Of a stretch of 35,772 nucleotides of DNA, positions 1 through 8,643 are shown piece after piece. Source of the DNA: Candidatus Micrarchaeota archaeon (lineage in GTDB: Archaea > B1Sed10-29 > JAJRYS01); contig CAZBZN010000005.1 of NCBI GenBank assembly GCA_964496415.1, positions 1-35,772 on the forward strand, read 5' to 3'. The position numbers and the translations under genes were made by a program. The first letter of the stretch is position 1; every line of letters begins with the position of its first letter. The notes under the pieces are model-generated. The model saw only the letters and a list, made by a program, of their open reading frames with translations, searched no databases and was not told the DNA's origin.

Positions 1-1
1 A

Positions 2-532
2 TTGCTTGAAAAAGAAGTTTTAAACTTGCATGTTCTCGAGAATGCGCTTGCAAGATTACAAAATGAACTTAGGCAAGAATTCACTGACACGACAAACATT
101 GCTTTAACTGACTTATGGAAAAGAATATACCCATACGAAGACTATTTAGACCTAAGGCTTGGCATTGACGATTCAGGGGACTACCTCCTACAAGTAAAAA
201 CAAGAAACGGGAAATGGGTTAACGTTGAAGGCATAACAAGTGGCGGGGAAAGAAGCATAGCATGTTTGGCATTAAGAATAGCATTCTCGTTAGTATTAAC
301 ACAGAACCTCTCATGGCTTGTTTTAGACGAGCCAACACACAACCTTGACCAGCAGGCAGTAAAAGATTTAGCTGAAATGCTAAGAGACCATCTTCCAAAA
401 ATAGTTGACCAAGTATTTATAATAACCCATGACCCTCTCTTGGAAGAAGCAGCTTCAGCTTATCTTTACTTGTTTGAAAGAGACAAAGCAAAAGACGAGC
501 CAACCAAAGTGACTTGCCAGAAAATAAGTTAA
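2..532 (+). CDS. rad50: Rad50/SbcC-type SMC ATPase, C-terminal part (truncated by window edge)
   Basis: ABC signature SGGE, Walker B LVLDEPTHNLD, H-loop IITHD. Confidence 0.85.
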   Translation: MLEKEVLNLHVLENALARLQNELRQEFTDTTNIALTDLWKRIYPYEDYLDLRLGIDDSGDYLLQVKTRNGKWVNVEGITSGGERSIACLALRIAFSLVLTQNLSWLVLDEPTHNLDQQAVKDLAEMLRDHLPKIVDQVFIITHDPLLEEAASAYLYLFERDKAKDEPTKVTCQKIS

Positions 533-720
533 AGCTCAGGCTTCTTAGCAAGATTAGTTATTATACCTGCAACTACGTTCCTCATTCTCTTGCTTTGAAA
601 TATCCCAAGCTCTGTAAGTACTTTCTTATTATTCTCAAAATCCTCATTAAATTTCTCCTTATAAGCTTCATAGATCTGCTGAGCTTGCTTCCGAGCAATC
701 TTATTACTTCTCTTACCCAT
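529..720 (-). CDS. rps17e: 30S ribosomal protein S17e
   Basis: MGK...FNEDFENNKK...SKRMRNVVAG matches S17e; start moved to ATG at 720. Confidence 0.9.
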   Translation of the reverse strand: MGKRSNKIARKQAQQIYEAYKEKFNEDFENNKKVLTELGIFQSKRMRNVVAGIITNLAKKPEL

Positions 721-729
721 AAGAATCAC

Positions 730-948
730 TTAAACGCTAACCAATTCACCCTTGGAATTTAATAAAACTTCATCACCGTTAGGAAGTCTCCTGACCACGG
801 TAATTGGAAGCACTCCTTTCTCAAACTCTTTCTCAGCTATCTGAATACTTGAATCGCCTCCAGCTGACTTTATCAACAAAGGCGCTCCAAGGTCTATTTG
901 AAGAGCTCTTGCACTTATTATCCTTGCTCTTTCAAAACGAGTAAGCAA
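730..948 (-). CDS. rpoK: DNA-directed RNA polymerase subunit Rpo6/K
   Basis: [17 protein letters not shown]...GAP...[10 protein letters not shown] signature; GGGTGA SD-like motif upstream. Confidence 0.95.
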   Translation of the reverse strand: MLTRFERARIISARALQIDLGAPLLIKSAGGDSSIQIAEKEFEKGVLPITVVRRLPNGDEVLLNSKGELVSV

Positions 949-1063
949 CTTATCACCCTAAAAAACTAATCCTTTTCAATTTTACAAAAACAAGTTTTTA
1001 AACTTTACTAATGCATCTGACAATCACGGTATCCCAGCAATAACACTAAAACCAATTAATATC

Positions 1064-1975
1064 TTATTTATATAATAAATATAAGTAAAGTAGATACAAG
1101 CAAAAAGCAACTAATGCTTCTTTCTTATGAAAACTGCCTTTGATAGCCCAAAAAGCTAGCAAAACACTAGCCACAAGCATAAAAACAAAACTCAAAACCA
1201 CTTCATTAAAATTAAAAACTAATGGAGAAGCCAATGATGAAAAACCAACAACGACCAGAATGTTAAAAACATTACTACCAATGATATTACCTAGACTAAT
1301 TTTAAGCTTTCTTTTCCTTAAAGCAACTAAAGAAGTCACAGTCTCAGGAAAACCAGTACCAGCACCAATTAAAGAAGCTGAAATAGCCCACTTAGTAAAG
1401 CCAAAAGCATCAGCCAGCAAAATAGCATTCTCTACAGTCAACTTAGCTCCGAAATAAATCAAAATAATACTAAACAAAAACAAAAAATAAGTTTTCAAGG
1501 TTACAGCAGCTTCCTTCACCACCTTTTTTTCTTTATTTTGATTATATAAAAAAATCAAATAAACCAAATAAGAGCTAATAAAGAGCACTCCAACATCAGC
1601 ACCAATATAACCATCTAAAGCAGTCAAGGTAAGCCAAATAGAAGTAATTAGCATCCAAAAAATATCCCTATTCAAAATTTCACTTGACTTAAAATGATAC
1701 CTTGTAATAAAACCAATCAAACCAGTGATAACCAAGATGTTATAAATATTACTACCAACAATGTTGCCTAAAGAAACATCAGCATGACCACAAAAAGAAG
1801 CTACAATACTAACACCAAATTCAGGCATAGAAGTTCCTAAACTAACCAAAGTCAGACCAATCACAAGCTCACTAATACCAAAATGCCTAGCAATATCAGA
1901 ACTTGACTCTACCAGATAATCAGAACCTTTAACCAGCAAATATAATCCAATAAACAACAAAACCACAAAAAACAT
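1064..1975 (-). CDS. Ca2+/Na+ antiporter (YrbG/CaCA family)
   Basis: Two alpha repeats GTSMPE and GTGFPE, GNIVGSN/GNIIGSN, about 10 hydrophobic segments; start taken at ATG 1975 to avoid overlap with the divergent gene. Confidence 0.9.
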   Translation of the reverse strand: MFFVVLLFIGLYLLVKGSDYLVESSSDIARHFGISELVIGLTLVSLGTSMPEFGVSIVASFCGHADVSLGNIVGSNIYNILVITGLIGFITRYHFKSSEILNRDIFWMLITSIWLTLTALDGYIGADVGVLFISSYLVYLIFLYNQNKEKKVVKEAAVTLKTYFLFLFSIILIYFGAKLTVENAILLADAFGFTKWAISASLIGAGTGFPETVTSLVALRKRKLKISLGNIIGSNVFNILVVVGFSSLASPLVFNFNEVVLSFVFMLVASVLLAFWAIKGSFHKKEALVAFCLYLLYLYLLYK

Positions 1976-2012
1976 ACAATTAATAAAACTTAGAGCATAT
2001 AAAAATGATATC

Positions 2013-2702
2013 ATGGTAATAAAATTCTTAAAAAATGAGCCAGCAGCAGTAATAGGCAAAAAACTTTTAATAGCAGACCTTCACTTAGGAGTTGAACGGG
2101 AACTAAGACAAGCAGGGTACAATATAAAAAACCAAACAAAAAAACTGATTAAAAAGACCAAAAACCTTGCAGAGCAAAACAACTGTAGTAAGATAATAAT
2201 TTTGGGGGATTTAAAGCACTCAATAACTCTTGAAAAAGACGTCCAAGACGCAAAAACTTATTGCAAAAAACTTTCAGATCAATTTGAGGTAATCCTAATT
2301 CAAGGAAACCATGACGGCAAACTTGATGAAATTCTTGACATAAAAGTTTATGACTCAAAAGGACTTGAAGCAGGAAAATATTACCTCATCCACGGACACG
2401 CAGTACCTCCGAAAAAAGCCTTTAAAAAAACAATAATAATGAGCCACATTCACCCAATAGTTGAAATAAAAGACAAGCTGGGGTTGGTTTTCCAGGAAAA
2501 AGTATGGTTAAAAGGCAAAAACATAATCGTAATGCCTCACTTTAACCATTTGATAGGTGGAAAAGACATAAGAGTGACTGACTTAGGAGCGTTAACAAAA
2601 TACTTTGACAAAAAAGAATTAGATATTTATTTGCTTGACGGCTTATATTTAAGTAAAGTAAAAGAACTTGGTGAAAAAGATGAAACAAGTAATAGTGGTT
2701 AG
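2013..2702 (+). CDS. Metallophosphoesterase (calcineurin-like)
   Basis: DLHLG, GD, GNHD, HGH and SHIHP motifs. Confidence 0.9.
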   Translation: MVIKFLKNEPAAVIGKKLLIADLHLGVERELRQAGYNIKNQTKKLIKKTKNLAEQNNCSKIIILGDLKHSITLEKDVQDAKTYCKKLSDQFEVILIQGNHDGKLDEILDIKVYDSKGLEAGKYYLIHGHAVPPKKAFKKTIIMSHIHPIVEIKDKLGLVFQEKVWLKGKNIIVMPHFNHLIGGKDIRVTDLGALTKYFDKKELDIYLLDGLYLSKVKELGEKDETSNSG

Positions 2703-3027
2703 AAAAGACTTAAAACTAACTAAAGGTAAAATGAGTGTTCAAGTAGCTCATGCTTCATTAGAAGCCTATAGGATAGCTGAAAAAAAGTATCCTGACAAAG
2801 TTAAAAAATGGTTGAGGACAGGGGCTAAAAAAGTAGTTGTTGGAGTAAAAGACGAAGAAGAATTAATTAAAATACAGAAGAGTATACCCAGGAAAATACC
2901 AAGCAAGCTAATAATAGATGCTGGAAAGACTCACTTAGAACCTGGAACAAAAACCTGCATAGGGATAGGGCCCTTTGATGATGAAGAAATAGACAAGATA
3001 ACAGGAAATCTCAAATTAATCAATTAA
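2680..3027 (+). CDS. pth2: Peptidyl-tRNA hydrolase Pth2
   Basis: KQVIVVRKDL..KGK..QVAHA, DAGKT, GIGP motifs. Confidence 0.95.
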   Translation: MKQVIVVRKDLKLTKGKMSVQVAHASLEAYRIAEKKYPDKVKKWLRTGAKKVVVGVKDEEELIKIQKSIPRKIPSKLIIDAGKTHLEPGTKTCIGIGPFDDEEIDKITGNLKLIN

Positions 3028-3036
3028 GGTGAAAAA

Positions 3037-3450
3037 ATGAACAACTACAGGAAAGGCTATGAACTGGAAAGAAAATGTAAAAAAATACTTGAAGAAAAAG
3101 GATGGCTTAGTGTAAGAAGCCCTGCTTCAAAAAGTCCTCTTGACATTTTAGCAGTAAAAGGAAACCACAAGCTTCTGATTCAATGTAAAAAAACAGGAAA
3201 AGAAGAAGCATACATAAGTGGGCTAAGAGAACTTATGAAAACAGCTGAAAAGCACGGAGCAAAACCATTATTAGTTTACTCACTTAATAGGACAGGGGTG
3301 TTTGTAAAAGAAGTCAAGACAGACAGGGTAAAACTTAATAAAACAGGAAAACATCAAATGCTTGAGAAGTATTTAGACTCACTTGAATCAAAAGATGGTG
3401 GAATAATAATCGGAGTTGATGAAAATGGCGACTGGAGTGAAAGTATCTGA
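3037..3450 (+). CDS. hjc: Hjc-like Holliday junction resolvase / PD-(D/E)xK nuclease
   Basis: KG...ER....L...GW..VRS..S...DILA....IQCK pattern of the Hjc family. Confidence 0.75.
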   Translation: MNNYRKGYELERKCKKILEEKGWLSVRSPASKSPLDILAVKGNHKLLIQCKKTGKEEAYISGLRELMKTAEKHGAKPLLVYSLNRTGVFVKEVKTDRVKLNKTGKHQMLEKYLDSLESKDGGIIIGVDENGDWSESI

Positions 3451-3961
3451 AATAATGACAAAAGCAGTGATAACTGCAAAAGAAGATGATTCTATTTATA
3501 AAGCAGCGAAAATCATGAAAAAAGCAGACATTGGAGGATTAGTAGTAGCAAAAAAAGGAAAAGTTGTAGGAATAATCACTGAAGGAGACATAATAAAAGA
3601 CGTGTTAGCAGAAGGCCTTGACTACAAAAAAGTCTCAGTGAGAATGATAATGAAACATCCTGTAAGAACAATCCCCCCTGAAACAGACGTGGAAGAAGCA
3701 GCAAGAATAATGAGAGACCTTAACATTGAAAGACTTCCAGTAGTAAACAAAGAAGGTAACTTAATTGGAATAGTAACAGAAAGAGACCTGACACTAATAG
3801 AGCCAGCATTATTAGAAATAATGAAAGAAAAAGAAGCAATTCCAACTTTAAAAGAAGAAGTTGCTTATGAAGGAATCTGTGAAAACTGCGGTAATTACTC
3901 AGAAAACCTAAGATACAAGAATGGCATGTACGTCTGTGAGGACTGTTATTATTCAGAATAA
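3425..3961 (+). CDS. CBS-pair protein with C-terminal Zn ribbon
   Basis: GIITEGD and GIVTERD CBS motifs; CENC...CEDC. Confidence 0.9.
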   Translation: MATGVKVSEIMTKAVITAKEDDSIYKAAKIMKKADIGGLVVAKKGKVVGIITEGDIIKDVLAEGLDYKKVSVRMIMKHPVRTIPPETDVEEAARIMRDLNIERLPVVNKEGNLIGIVTERDLTLIEPALLEIMKEKEAIPTLKEEVAYEGICENCGNYSENLRYKNGMYVCEDCYYSE

Positions 3962-3977
3962 AAATGGAGGTTAGTTC

Positions 3978-4796
3978 ATGATTGAAAACATAATTGAATT
4001 CTTAGAACCAATAGTTCTTGTAAAACCAGAAGACCCAATAGCTCATATTAGAAAAATACTATTAAGAACACATGGGGACAGAGTAATAGTCTTTAAAGAA
4101 AAACCTTTGGGAATAATCACTGAAAAAGACCTGGTAGAAGCACTTAGAAATGAAAAAAGACCAATCGATGAAATAACAGCAAAAGAGATAATGAAAAAAC
4201 AACTCATCACCATAACCCCAGACACTCCTATAAAAGAAGCTGCAAAAATAATGCTTGAAAAAGGAATATCAGGAATACCAGTGGAAAAAGAGAAAGACCT
4301 GATAGGAATGGTTACAAAAAGAAGTCTTCTCAAATACTTCAGCAGAACAGCAGACCCTGGAATAAAAGTAGAAGAACTAATGACCAAAGGAGTAAAAACA
4401 GTTAAAGAATTCCACTCAATCTTTCATGCTATAAAAGAGATGAAAAAACACAAAATAGGGCGGTTGGTAGTAGTAAGAGACAACAAACCAGTAGGAATAA
4501 TAACAGAACATGACCTAAGCCTTGCCTCCTTCAAACCAGAACCAAGCAAAATAATCTTTATAAGAAAAAGCACAAAAGGACCCATCAGCAAACAAGTGAG
4601 GATACTTCCAATAGTAGTAGCAGATGTAATGCAAGAAAATATCAAAACAGTAAAACCTGAAGAAAGTGCTGTAAAAGCAGCTGAAAAACTCCTAAAGCAT
4701 AAAATTGGCTCATTAATAGTGGTAGATAAAAAAGGAAGCCCTTCAGGAATAATCACAAAAACAGACTTTATTAAGAAGATAGTCAGAGGCCTGTAA
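3978..4796 (+). CDS. Four-CBS-domain protein
   Basis: Four G(I/M)(I/V)T motifs. Confidence 0.9.
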   Translation: MIENIIEFLEPIVLVKPEDPIAHIRKILLRTHGDRVIVFKEKPLGIITEKDLVEALRNEKRPIDEITAKEIMKKQLITITPDTPIKEAAKIMLEKGISGIPVEKEKDLIGMVTKRSLLKYFSRTADPGIKVEELMTKGVKTVKEFHSIFHAIKEMKKHKIGRLVVVRDNKPVGIITEHDLSLASFKPEPSKIIFIRKSTKGPISKQVRILPIVVADVMQENIKTVKPEESAVKAAEKLLKHKIGSLIVVDKKGSPSGIITKTDFIKKIVRGL

Positions 4797-4799
4797 AGG

Positions 4800-4807
4800 T
4801 ATTTAAA
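4800..4807 (+). promoter_or_regulatory. TATA box for the downstream small RNA
   Basis: TATTTAAA ending about 22 nt before the GC-rich hairpin at 4830. Confidence 0.5.
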
Positions 4808-4827
4808 CCTCATAGTGCATAAATTAT

Positions 4828-4887
4828 TCGGCGTGGGGGTGAAACACGCTGACTTATGAAGCGTGTACAACACCACGCCAAACAGCC
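4828..4887 (+). ncRNA. Probable single-hairpin H/ACA box guide sRNA with K-loop
   Basis: Lower stem GGCGTGG(4830-4836)/CCACGCC(4873-4879), internal pocket, upper stem ACACGCT/AGCGTGT capped by CTGA-ctt-ATGAAG K-loop, ACA at 4882-4884, 15 nt from the upper stem. Confidence 0.7.
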
Positions 4888-4988
4888 CTTACCTAATCAA
4901 AAATAATCACGCTCATTAATTCCTTACCAATGAACTTTATTAAAAAGAACAATGCACTGCAGTAAAAGCTATTTTTGATTAGGTAGGG
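4886..4988. repeat. Element of about 100 bp bounded by a 16-bp perfect inverted repeat
   Basis: TACCTAATCAAAAATA (4890-4905) / TATTTTTGATTAGGTA (4970-4985), extendable by CCT/GGG. Confidence 0.8.
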
Positions 4989-5263
4989 TGAAAAAGAAGA
5001 GTATTATGAAAAAAGCCTTAACAGTGAAAGTAAAAACAAAAGCTAACTCGTTTAAAATACTCTCATATGACAAAAAACAAGGGATTTTGAGAGTAGCAGT
5101 GAAAGCAGAACCTGTCAAAAATAAAGCAAACAAAGAACTAGTAAAAGAACTCAGTAAAATAATCGGAGATGTTCAGATCATCAAAGGAATGACAAGCAAT
5201 ACTAAAACAATCCTTGTTGACCAAGAACAACTGAAAAAACTTGAGGCTTATGAACAAGTTTGA
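4988..5263 (+). CDS. DUF167/YggU family protein (start may be ATG 5006)
   Basis: VKVK...LRVAVKAEPVKNKANKEL...IIKGMTSNTK pattern. Confidence 0.8.
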   Translation: MKKKSIMKKALTVKVKTKANSFKILSYDKKQGILRVAVKAEPVKNKANKELVKELSKIIGDVQIIKGMTSNTKTILVDQEQLKKLEAYEQV

Positions 5264-5615
5264 AAAACTTCAAAGACTACTCACTGAACTAAAGGAAGAA
5301 AAAGCAGTGAAAATAGTAGAAGGAAACAAAGACAAAAAGGCATTAGAAAGGCTTGGAATCAAGAACATAATAACACTGCAAGGAAAACCAGTGCAAGACA
5401 AGATAAAAGAACTTAAACATAAGGCAATAATCTTAACAGACTACGACAGGAAAGGCAGAGAACTTGAAAAAAGACTAAAAGAAGCACTAATCTCACAAGG
5501 AATAATCCCTAACCTTGAATATAAAAAAGAACTGAAAAAACTAACTGGAATAACTCAAATTGAAGAATTATTTCAAAAATATGAAAAAATGAAAGAAGAA
5601 GCGCAGAGGTGTTGA
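5250..5615 (+). CDS. Small Toprim-domain protein (RNase M5/UPF0292-like)
   Basis: IVEGNKD and ILTDYDRKG Toprim motifs. Confidence 0.85.
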   Translation: MNKFEKLQRLLTELKEEKAVKIVEGNKDKKALERLGIKNIITLQGKPVQDKIKELKHKAIILTDYDRKGRELEKRLKEALISQGIIPNLEYKKELKKLTGITQIEELFQKYEKMKEEAQRC

Positions 5616-5617
5616 AA

Positions 5618-6787
5618 ATGGGAAAAACCTATATTGATACTGTAAAATACGTTGTTCATGCTGAAATAGAAACTGATGGCATAGTTGAAAAGCCAGACGT
5701 AGTAGGAGCAATCTTTGGACAAACAGAAGGATTGCTTGGAGATGAGCTTGACTTAAGAGAACTTCAAAAATCAGGGAGAATAGGAAGAATAGAAGTAAAC
5801 CTAAAAACAAAGGCAGGAAAATCAGTGGGTGAAATAATACTGCCATCATCACTGGATAGAATAGAGACAGCAATCTTAGCAGCAGCCTTAGAAACTGTTG
5901 ACAGAGTAGGCCCATGCGAGGCAAAAATAAGAGTAACAAAAATAGAAGACACCAGGACAATGAAAAGAGAAAGAGTAGTACAAAGAGCAAAAGAACTTAT
6001 AAAAGGCATGATGAGTGAAATAATGCCTGAAAGAAAAGAAATCTCAGAATTAGTAAGAGAACAAGTCAAACTTGCAGACGTACAGCAGTATGGGCCTGAA
6101 AAATTAGCTGCAGGGCCAAATATTGATGAAGCAGACCACATAATAGTCGTAGAAGGAAGAGCTGATGTGCTGAACCTCTTAAAAGCAGACATAAGAAATG
6201 TCATTGCATTACAGGGAAAAGTAATTCCAAAAACAGTAATAGAACTTTCAAAAAAGAAAACAGTGACAGCATTTGTTGACGGGGACCGTGGAGGAGACTT
6301 AATAATAAAACAACTGGCAGACTGTGCTGAAATAGACTTTGTGGCAAAAGCACCTGATGGAAAAGAAGTAGAAGAACTGACAAAAAAAGAAATAATTAAA
6401 TGCTTAAGAAACAAGATACCTTTTGAGCAATTCATGAGCAGAAAATTCAAAGAATATGCAAACGAGCATCAAGCTCATAATCAAAACCACCATCATAAGC
6501 ACTACCATCATGAAAAAGAATATCTGAAGGAATTAAAAGAATTAGAAGGCAGTTTAAAAGGAAGAATTTACGACGCTAACAAAAACTTAATAGCAGAAGC
6601 AGATGTCAAGGACATAACAAAGGAAATAGAAAAAACCGAAGGAGGACAAGTCCTAGTAATAGATGGAGTGGTAACTCAAAGACTGATAGATGTTGCAAGC
6701 AAAGCAGGCATAAGAAAGATCATAGGCGTCAGGTCAAGTAGGATACAGGATTATAAAGGAGTACAAGTAATAACTAAAAACAACTAA
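5618..6787 (+). CDS. dnaG: Archaeal DnaG (exosome-associated, primase-like)
   Basis: VEKPDVVGAIFGQTEGLLG, VVEGRADV, DGDRGG. Confidence 0.97.
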   Translation: MGKTYIDTVKYVVHAEIETDGIVEKPDVVGAIFGQTEGLLGDELDLRELQKSGRIGRIEVNLKTKAGKSVGEIILPSSLDRIETAILAAALETVDRVGPCEAKIRVTKIEDTRTMKRERVVQRAKELIKGMMSEIMPERKEISELVREQVKLADVQQYGPEKLAAGPNIDEADHIIVVEGRADVLNLLKADIRNVIALQGKVIPKTVIELSKKKTVTAFVDGDRGGDLIIKQLADCAEIDFVAKAPDGKEVEELTKKEIIKCLRNKIPFEQFMSRKFKEYANEHQAHNQNHHHKHYHHEKEYLKELKELEGSLKGRIYDANKNLIAEADVKDITKEIEKTEGGQVLVIDGVVTQRLIDVASKAGIRKIIGVRSSRIQDYKGVQVITKNN

Positions 6788-6789
6788 GT

Positions 6790-6909
6790 GGGTCCGTGGT
6801 CCAGCGGTTAAGACGCCACCCTTACAAGGTGGAGATCCCCAGTTCGAAAAGGAAAGCTGCGCTAGAGCCAAACTATGCGCAGCTTTTCACGGAAGTCTGG
6901 GCGGACCCA
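6790..6909 (+). tRNA. tRNA-Val(TAC) with 47-nt intron in T-loop (59/60)
   Basis: Acceptor GGGTCCG/CGGACCC, anticodon arm CCACC-CT-TAC-AA-GGTGG, T-arm CCCAG-TTCGAA[6849-6895]T-CTGGG; BHB central helix TTCG/CGGA, 12-bp intron stem. Confidence 0.93.
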
Positions 6910-6923
6910 CTCTACATTCTAAT

Positions 6924-7085
6924 AGCCCCGTAGTCTAGTGGCCAAGGATGCTGGCCTTTGGAGCCAGCGACGGCGGTTCGAAAGAGGAGTTGTACCTCTC
7001 CTAACTCCTCAGGCAACATACGCTAATGCTTAATTGTCTAGTGCTGGGGCAAGTGCAACTCCTCATGAAAATCCGCCCGGGGCTA
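6924..7085 (+). tRNA. tRNA-Gln(TTG) with 89-nt intron in T-loop (59/60)
   Basis: Acceptor AGCCCCG/CGGGGCT (archaeal A1-U72), CTGGC-CT-TTG-GA-GCCAG, GGCGG-TTCGAA[6983-7071]T-CCGCC; central helix TTCG/TGAA, stem GAGGAGTTGTAC/GTGCAACTCCTC. Confidence 0.93.
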
Positions 7086-7106
7086 TTAATAGAAATGTTG
7101 GTTAAA

Positions 7107-7415
7107 ATGAAAAGAAGACCAAAACCAAGATGGGTAAAAAATCTTGCATTAAAAAGAATAATTACTTTGTTCAAGCTTGCTGAAGAAAATAAGTACTCTC
7201 ATCCTGAAAGAGCAAGAAGGTATATTGAACTTGCAAGGAAAATCTCAAAAAAATACACTGTAAAAATACCATCAAAGTTAAAGAAAAAATTTTGCAAAAA
7301 TTGTAATACTTTCTTCACAGCTGAAAACGTAAAAATCAGAAAAATAAGACGAAAGAACGCATTGTTAATAGTTTGTCTTACTTGCAATAAAAAAACATTG
7401 AGGAGAGCAAATTGA
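7107..7415 (+). CDS. rnp4: RNase P protein component 4 (Rpp21)
   Basis: A..RI..LF..A...ARRYIELARKI, CKNC...CLTC Zn ribbon; the track start 7026 lies inside the tRNA, so the true start is 7095 or 7107. Confidence 0.9.
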   Translation: MKRRPKPRWVKNLALKRIITLFKLAEENKYSHPERARRYIELARKISKKYTVKIPSKLKKKFCKNCNTFFTAENVKIRKIRRKNALLIVCLTCNKKTLRRAN

Positions 7416-7648
7416 AAGAAATGAATGTATTAAAACCAACAGTCCAAATTGGGAAAAATAAAGTAAATGAAGGAGTAATAAAAGAAATAAAAGCACAGCT
7501 TAAAACAAAAGAGTATATAAAGGTGAAGTTTCTAAAAAGTATTAAAAAAGAGGTTGATCAACTAATAAATCAAATTCTAAAACATACTAATGCTCAACTC
7601 GTTGAGAGACGGGGTTCTACCATAATACTAAAAAAGGAGGATAAATAG
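7412..7648 (+). CDS. yhbY: YhbY/CRM RNA-binding protein
   Basis: LKPTVQIGKN...EYIKVKFLKS; conserved position between rnp4 and rps19e. Confidence 0.9.
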   Translation: MKEMNVLKPTVQIGKNKVNEGVIKEIKAQLKTKEYIKVKFLKSIKKEVDQLINQILKHTNAQLVERRGSTIILKKEDK

Positions 7649-8209
7649 ATGGTTTCAGCAAAAGACGTGCCTGCAGATGCATTAATAAAAAGCCTAACTG
7701 AAGAATTAAAAAAGATACCTGAAATAAACCCGCCTGAATGGGCTTTATTTGTGAAAACAGGACCACATGCTGAAAGAAGGCCTGTAAATGACGACTGGTG
7801 GTATGTTAGATGCGCTTCAATTCTCAGAAAGATAAGCATTGAAGGAAAAGTAGGAGTAGGCAGGCTTAGAACATGGTATGGTGGAAGGAAAAACTTTGGC
7901 TCTGCTCCAGAACATCATGTTGACGCTGGAGGAAAAATAATCAGAACCGCGTTACAGCAGCTTGAAAAAGCAGGACTTGTCAAAAAAGAAAAAGTTGGAA
8001 GAAGCCTCACTCCAAAAGGAAGCTCATTAGTAAATAAAACAGCAACAAAAATAAAGGAGGCAAAAGATGGAAGACGAGCTGGAAAAGATAAGAATGGAGA
8101 AACTGAAAAAACTTCAGCAGCAACAGGAAGAACTGAAAAAACAAGCAGAAGAGGAGGAAATAAGAAGAGCTCAAGTAAAAGCAATAATAAACAAAATTCT
8201 AAGTCCTGA
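7649..8209 (+). CDS. rps19e: 30S ribosomal protein S19e with C-terminal extension overlapping the next gene
   Basis: [32 protein letters not shown]. Confidence 0.95.
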   Translation: MVSAKDVPADALIKSLTEELKKIPEINPPEWALFVKTGPHAERRPVNDDWWYVRCASILRKISIEGKVGVGRLRTWYGGRKNFGSAPEHHVDAGGKIIRTALQQLEKAGLVKKEKVGRSLTPKGSSLVNKTATKIKEAKDGRRAGKDKNGETEKTSAATGRTEKTSRRGGNKKSSSKSNNKQNSKS

Positions 8210-8390
8210 AGCAAGACAAAGGCTTACAAATATTAAGCTTGCCGATGAAGAAAGAGCAGAAAAAATCCAACAAATGCTCATATATTTATATCAACTTGGA
8301 AGAATCCAAAGCCAACTAACTGATGATGAGTTTAAAAAATTACTGTTAACTTTGAGTAAAAAAAGAGAAACCAAGATCATAAGAAAATGA
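8067..8390 (+). CDS. PDCD5-like DNA-binding protein (TFAR19)
   Basis: [30 protein letters not shown]; AGGAGG SD upstream. Confidence 0.93.
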   Translation: MEDELEKIRMEKLKKLQQQQEELKKQAEEEEIRRAQVKAIINKILSPEARQRLTNIKLADEERAEKIQQMLIYLYQLGRIQSQLTDDEFKKLLLTLSKKRETKIIRK

Positions 8391-8400
8391 GGTGCTTTTA

Positions 8401-8637
8401 ATGGCTACTGCAAAGACAAAATTGAAAAAAGAACATCTTTCACATGCAATAAGAGTCAATGAAAGAGCCCCATTATGGGTTTATTTGAAAACAAAAGCAA
8501 GAGACCTTATTAATGTTAGAAAGAGACATTGGAGAAGCGGAAAACTGGGAAAAAAGATAAAACATATGGATAAAAAATCATCTACTTACATAAAACCATA
8601 CATAAAAAAGAAGAAAAAAATGAAAAAATCATGGTGA
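8401..8637 (+). CDS. rpl39e: 50S ribosomal protein L39e (divergent, basic C-terminal extension)
   Basis: KK..L...N.RAPLWVYLKT...KRHWRS; canonical position before rpl31e. Confidence 0.8.
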   Translation: MATAKTKLKKEHLSHAIRVNERAPLWVYLKTKARDLINVRKRHWRSGKLGKKIKHMDKKSSTYIKPYIKKKKKMKKSW

Positions 8638-8643
8638 TGTTAA

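Noticed and set aside
949-1063. Possible sRNA in the rpoK-antiporter gap
   Set aside because: No convincing C/D boxes or stable stems; explained by promoter and terminator space.
7026-7094. N-terminal extension of rnp4 in the ORF track (likewise serS 33638-33700)
   Set aside because: Overlaps a tRNA gene; a downstream ATG gives the normal protein length.
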